Below, in pieces: positions 46,657 to 50,786 of a stretch of DNA of 50,786 bases (position 1 is its first letter; each line of letters opens with the position of its first letter). The notes beneath the pieces were generated by a model that was given only the letters and a program-made list of their open reading frames with translations, did not search any database and was not told the DNA's origin. A program made the translations under genes and the position numbers. Source of the DNA: Bradymonadia bacterium (GTDB taxonomy: Bacteria; Myxococcota_A; Bradymonadia; UBA7976; UBA1532); contig JBKAGE010000011.1 of the NCBI GenBank assembly GCA_046290225.1, positions 1 to 50,786 on the forward strand, written 5' to 3'.

Positions 46657-47367
46657 TTATTGGGCTATGTGCCAGGCGAGGCCCAGAGGCGCTGCTAAAT
46701 CGGGGGCTTGAAGCCAGCCGTCAGGGCCAGGGCTACAGCGGGGGAGAGCGATGACTGGAATGCCGTTGAGGTGGTGCTCCAAGACCAGACGGGTCTCGTC
46801 AAGGGGCATGGGGGATGACAGTGATTCGCTGAGCACTACAGCCGAAACTGCCACGCCCTTGGCTGTGAGCGCCTCCACCGTGGTCAGGGTGTGGCTGATC
46901 GTGCCGAGATAGCTGCCCGTTACCACCAGGGCCTGCATTTGCAGGAGCCGGATCAGGTCTCGCACTGTGGCCTGATCAGTGAGCGGCACCATCGCGCCAC
47001 CGATGCCTTCTACGAGGAGCACCTGCTCCGGCCCTGCCTGGCAATCAGTGACAAAGCGGACCACACCATAGAGATCTATGCCCCGGCCCTCTCGCGCTGC
47101 GGCGACATCAGGTGACAGAGGTGCTGTGAATCTGAACGGTGAGACACGCTCGATGCCCTGCAGGTTAACAGGGTGCCCCATGGCCTGAAGCAGCTGCCCT
47201 GGATCACTCTCCGCCCAGGTCGAGGGCGCCTGCCCGTCGAAGCCGCTGAGGACCGGCTTGATCGCTCGAGCGCGGACGCCCATCAGCGCCAGGCGACGCA
47301 CCAGGGCGCAGGTGACGAAGGTCTTGCCGATCTCGGTACCCGTCGAGGTGATGAAGAGGGTGCGCAT
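46657..47367 (-). CDS. bioD: Dethiobiotin synthase
   Basis: FITSTGTEIGKTFV, KPVLSG, PLSP, LVEGIGG and YLGTISHT. Confidence 0.95.
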   Translation of the reverse strand: MRTLFITSTGTEIGKTFVTCALVRRLALMGVRARAIKPVLSGFDGQAPSTWAESDPGQLLQAMGHPVNLQGIERVSPFRFTAPLSPDVAAAREGRGIDLYGVVRFVTDCQAGPEQVLLVEGIGGAMVPLTDQATVRDLIRLLQMQALVVTGSYLGTISHTLTTVEALTAKGVAVSAVVLSESLSSPMPLDETRLVLEHHLNGIPVIALPRCSPGPDGWLQAPDLAAPLGLAWHIAQ

Positions 47368-47384
47368 TTCGGTGCTCCAGCAAG

Positions 47385-48542
47385 TCAGGGTGTCAGGAGG
47401 GGTCTCACTGCCTCGATGAGGCCATCGACCTGGGCTTCGGTGTGAGCAGCGCTGAAGGTCAGGCGCAAGCGCTCGGTGCCCACGGGTACTGTGGGGGCTC
47501 GGATGGCTGAGACGAGATAACCCTCAGCGAGTAAGTGGTCCGCACCAGCGAGGGCCCGGGTCGGTGAGCCCATGATCAAGGGCACGATGGGGGTCTCCGG
47601 TGTGGGCAGAGCCAGGGCGGCGGCAAAGCGTTGGGCGAGCATCACCGGCCGGCCGCACAAGGTGTCCGCTTCATCGTGGATGATGCGCAATGCCATCTCG
47701 GAGGCTGCCAGCGTCGCCGGCGGCAAGCCCGTGGAGTACACCAGAGTGCGCCCTCGAGTGCGGAGCAGATCGATGACCGGAGCGCTGGCGCACAGATAGC
47801 CCCCATAGCTGCCCACCGCCTTCGACAGCGTGCCCATCTGCAGCGGGACGTCCTCCGTCGTCAGCCCGGCTGCTGCGGCGCTGCCGCGGCCATTGCCGAT
47901 CACTCCGAGACCGTGGGCGTCGTCTGTGAGCAGCCATGCATCCCATCTGCGGGCGAGGGCTGCGAGTGCGCTCAGAGGTGCGAGATCACCATCCATGCTG
48001 AACACACCTTCGGTGATCAGCATACATCGCCGGGTTTGAGCGCGGTGGGCCTGCATGATCGCTGCTGCGGCATCGACATCATTGTGGGCGAAGATCTCGC
48101 ATCGGCTGCGGGCGAGGCGGGCTCCGGCGAAGAGGCAAGCATGGCTCAGAGCATCGATGACGATGAGATCATCAGGGCCCATCAGGGCAGGGATCACCCC
48201 CGTGTTGGCCAGATAGCCGCTGCCGAACACCAACGCGTCAGCGGTGCCCTTCAAGTGAGCCAGTCGGCGTTCCAAGGCGCAGTAGAGCGGGTTGTCACCC
48301 GTGATCAGCCGTGAGGCGCCGGCACCCGCTCCACTGCGCTCTATGGCCTCGACGGCGGCGGCCTTGACCCGAGGGTCGTGGCTCAACCCAAGGTAATCAT
48401 TGTCACAAAATGAGACGAGGTTGTGACCGTCCCGGAGTGCTTCGAGCCCTGGGCCCCTGGCTGTGGGCGTGATTCGGCGTCGGAGCTGGGCGGCGGAGAG
48501 GCGGTGAAGCTTCTCCTGGGCAAAATCATCGAGGGTGGTCAC
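47385..48542 (-). CDS. bioF: 8-amino-7-oxononanoate synthase
   Basis: NDYLGL, GSGYLAN, HACL, EGVFSMDGD, DDAHG, GTLSKAVG (PLP lysine) and RLRLT. Confidence 0.95.
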   Translation of the reverse strand: MTTLDDFAQEKLHRLSAAQLRRRITPTARGPGLEALRDGHNLVSFCDNDYLGLSHDPRVKAAAVEAIERSGAGAGASRLITGDNPLYCALERRLAHLKGTADALVFGSGYLANTGVIPALMGPDDLIVIDALSHACLFAGARLARSRCEIFAHNDVDAAAAIMQAHRAQTRRCMLITEGVFSMDGDLAPLSALAALARRWDAWLLTDDAHGLGVIGNGRGSAAAAGLTTEDVPLQMGTLSKAVGSYGGYLCASAPVIDLLRTRGRTLVYSTGLPPATLAASEMALRIIHDEADTLCGRPVMLAQRFAAALALPTPETPIVPLIMGSPTRALAGADHLLAEGYLVSAIRAPTVPVGTERLRLTFSAAHTEAQVDGLIEAVRPLLTP

Positions 48543-48561
48543 ACATCGACCTTCACGTCAC

Positions 48562-49473
48562 TCAGAGCAGGCTCTGAGCATTGAGTTCAGCCACCCGCTC
48601 CACAATATATTTCAGCGCCTCGTCTACCACACCGTGCACCCCCAGTGGGATACGACGCACGACGTAGAGCGCTGTCTCTTGAGGAACCGAGCACAAGCAC
48701 TTGAGGGGTGGGCGGGCCACCATCGTGGGCAGAACCGCGAGGTGATGCCCCCGGGCGCAGACCTGTGCCCCCATCTGCAAGCTGCTCACCGCCAGAGAGA
48801 TCTTCCGGGGCAGGTGCTCGGGCCAGTGATCATCTGCGCCTTCTGGGGGGGCCACGAAGGGGTAGGGGCAGAGCGTCTCCAAGTCAGTGACCTCAGCTGT
48901 GTACAAAGGGTGCTCCGGGCCACAGAACACGCCATATGAAAGCGCGCTCAGGCGCTCCGCCTGGAGCTGCTCGTCGAAGATGGGGTCGTCGAGCAGGGCC
49001 AGATCGAGCCGTCCGTCGAGGAGCTTCTCGTTGGCGCGCTGAGGACCTTCGTGAAGCAAGTGAGGTACGATGGCCGGGTGGGCGGTCACCAGAGCATCGA
49101 TGGCTGGGAGCACCATAAGCGCGGTGAACGCGCCTGGTGCGCTGACTCTCAATGGGCCTCGATAGACATCGGCACTGATCACGTTGAGGGCGTCGTCCAC
49201 CCGCCGCATGGCGTCACGAATGCCCATGAGCAATGCGCGGCCATCGGCGTTGAGGACCAGTCGCCGACCCACCCGATCGAAGAGCGGCCGACCGACCTCG
49301 TCCTCCAACAGCCGAATGGTGCGCGAAAGCGCAGAAGCACTCACATTGAGCCGCTCCGAGGCAGTGGGCAGATGCTCGGTCTGCGCCACGACGCGGAAGG
49401 CGGGCAGCCAGTTCCAGAGGTTCATCAAACGCAGGGTGCGATCCATACGACTCTCCATCGAATCGACAGCCAC
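48562..49473 (-). CDS. LysR-family transcriptional regulator
   Basis: HTH ASERLNVSASALSRTIRLLED..G..LFDRVGRRL; substrate-binding domain GRLDLAL. Confidence 0.92.
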   Translation of the reverse strand: MAVDSMESRMDRTLRLMNLWNWLPAFRVVAQTEHLPTASERLNVSASALSRTIRLLEDEVGRPLFDRVGRRLVLNADGRALLMGIRDAMRRVDDALNVISADVYRGPLRVSAPGAFTALMVLPAIDALVTAHPAIVPHLLHEGPQRANEKLLDGRLDLALLDDPIFDEQLQAERLSALSYGVFCGPEHPLYTAEVTDLETLCPYPFVAPPEGADDHWPEHLPRKISLAVSSLQMGAQVCARGHHLAVLPTMVARPPLKCLCSVPQETALYVVRRIPLGVHGVVDEALKYIVERVAELNAQSLL

Positions 49474-49701
49474 TCGAGGGGCTTCGAGTGCCCCAAAACA
49501 GGACGCTCGATATGGGCCATTTCGAGCCGGTTTTGAGACCCATTGAGGGTATACGGAATGCTCACGGTGTGGTAGAAGTAGGACCTTATGGTAGGCGCTC
49601 GGATATTTCTCGAATCAGGGGCGACACGGATGTCTGAAGCATATACCCGAAATCACTCCCAAACTTCCCTTCATTGTGGTCACCCACAAGGTCGTTTGAA
49701 T

Positions 49702-50786
49702 ATGCGTCGAAACACATCTCTCGGCATGATGGTGCTCTGCGCGCTCTCATCGGTGTCGGTGCTCATTCCTGGGGCTGCCTTTGCTCAGGGCGGTGATCCC
49801 GAAATCAACGAGACGATCCTCCGTCGAGGATTGAATCAGTACGATGGTGTCTCTGATGTACACATCAGCAGCAACGCCAGTACACATGTACCCGAGACCA
49901 CTGGCAACTTCGGCGCCAGTACTCAGCTGCGTGTGTCCGAGAATGGCAGGCGGCAGACGCTGATCCGTTTCGAACTCACCGGCGTGCCACCTCTGGCGGT
50001 CATCGATGAGGCGAACCTGGTGCTCAACATCGAGAGCATCAACTACGTCGATCGTCCTCAACTCGCCGCACACCCTCTGACGCAGCCCTGGGCCGAAGGC
50101 ACCTGTCTTCACCAATACAGCTGCGTTGCGGATGGGGCCACGTACTTCAGTCGTGGTGGTGGCAACGGTGACTGGACCAGCCCTGGGGGCGACTTCGGCG
50201 CACGCATCACTGTGGTGGACGCCCCACTGAACGGCAGCGTTTCGATCCCGCTGACAGGTCAGGTTCAGTCCTGGCTGAACGGCAGCGCCGACAACTATGG
50301 CGTGCTCCTCAAGGGTGAGCGTCAGTGGTCGAACGACTTCCGTATCAGCTCTTCCGAGGCGGAGAGCGAAGCTCTTCGTCCTCAGCTGGTTGTCCGCTGG
50401 CATCTGCCCGAGGGCGTCACTGATGGTGACGGTGACGGCTTCGATCCGCCTCAGGACTGTGATGACAGCGTTGCGGCCATCAACCCCGGGAACGCCGAGA
50501 TTCCTGGCAACGGCATCGATGACGACTGCGATGCCAGCACCCGTGACTCGCTGGACTTCGACCAGGATGGCTTCGAGTTCCCCGCTGACTGTGACGACGA
50601 CAATGCTGCGGTAAACCCCGGCGCCACTGAGATTCTCCTCAATGGCATCGATGATGACTGTAACATCCTGACTGTTGATGCCCGTGACCTGGACGGTGAT
50701 GGCTTCGATGAGTCCGTCGACTGTAATGATACTGATGCCAGCGTGAACCCTGGCGCATCCGAGGTATTGCGCAACAACATCGACGA
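49702..50786 (+). CDS. Secreted DNRLRE-like domain protein with MopE-like Ca/metal-binding repeats (partial, runs off the window)
   Basis: Open frame from ATG 49702: signal peptide, NFGASTQL..TLIRFELT..W..PGGDF..SSEA...RPQL, then repeats DxDxDGF...DCDD....NPG..E..NGIDDDC. Absent from the ORF track because it has no stop codon. Confidence 0.85.
   Translation, partial: MRRNTSLGMMVLCALSSVSVLIPGAAFAQGGDPEINETILRRGLNQYDGVSDVHISSNASTHVPETTGNFGASTQLRVSENGRRQTLIRFELTGVPPLAVIDEANLVLNIESINYVDRPQLAAHPLTQPWAEGTCLHQYSCVADGATYFSRGGGNGDWTSPGGDFGARITVVDAPLNGSVSIPLTGQVQSWLNGSADNYGVLLKGERQWSNDFRISSSEAESEALRPQLVVRWHLPEGVTDGDGDGFDPPQDCDDSVAAINPGNAEIPGNGIDDDCDASTRDSLDFDQDGFEFPADCDDDNAAVNPGATEILLNGIDDDCNILTVDARDLDGDGFDESVDCNDTDASVNPGASEVLRNNID

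Overview
Gene-dense, GC-rich bacterial DNA with a Myxococcota-like gene repertoire: Hanks Ser/Thr kinases, an FHA-sigma54 activator, Gly/Cys-rich acidic lipoproteins and MopE-like DxDxDG repeats. The taxonomy is my inference. From left to right the window holds: (1) two paralogous membrane Ser/Thr kinases bracketing an FHA-bEBP and an FGE-sulfatase-fold lipoprotein cassette; (2) envelope proteins, DUF4920, a 53-bp MITE, an MrfA/MrfB-like repair pair, cutA and NADAR; (3) a ~15-kb accessory locus at 19.8-35.1 kb, the best candidate for an undescribed system. It pairs an ECF sigma / cNMP-binding protein / soluble kinase unit divergently with a tightly coupled operon of a START-like protein, two FAD desaturase-type enzymes, a TetR/COQ9-like protein, a COQ8/UbiB kinase and a soluble-adenylyl-cyclase-like STAND-TPR protein, closed by a convergent geranylgeranyl reductase; (4) a decaying patch with a cytochrome c relic, an orphan OppA, DUF4303 and a truncated YhcG; (5) lipoproteins with sigma54 promoters, a ~170-nt G-U-rich rod-shaped intergenic element, a large lipase, bioD-bioF, LysR and a DNRLRE/MopE-repeat protein that runs off the end. 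I saw no rRNA, tRNA, CRISPR array or transposase. All family calls come from motifs read by eye, not from database searches.
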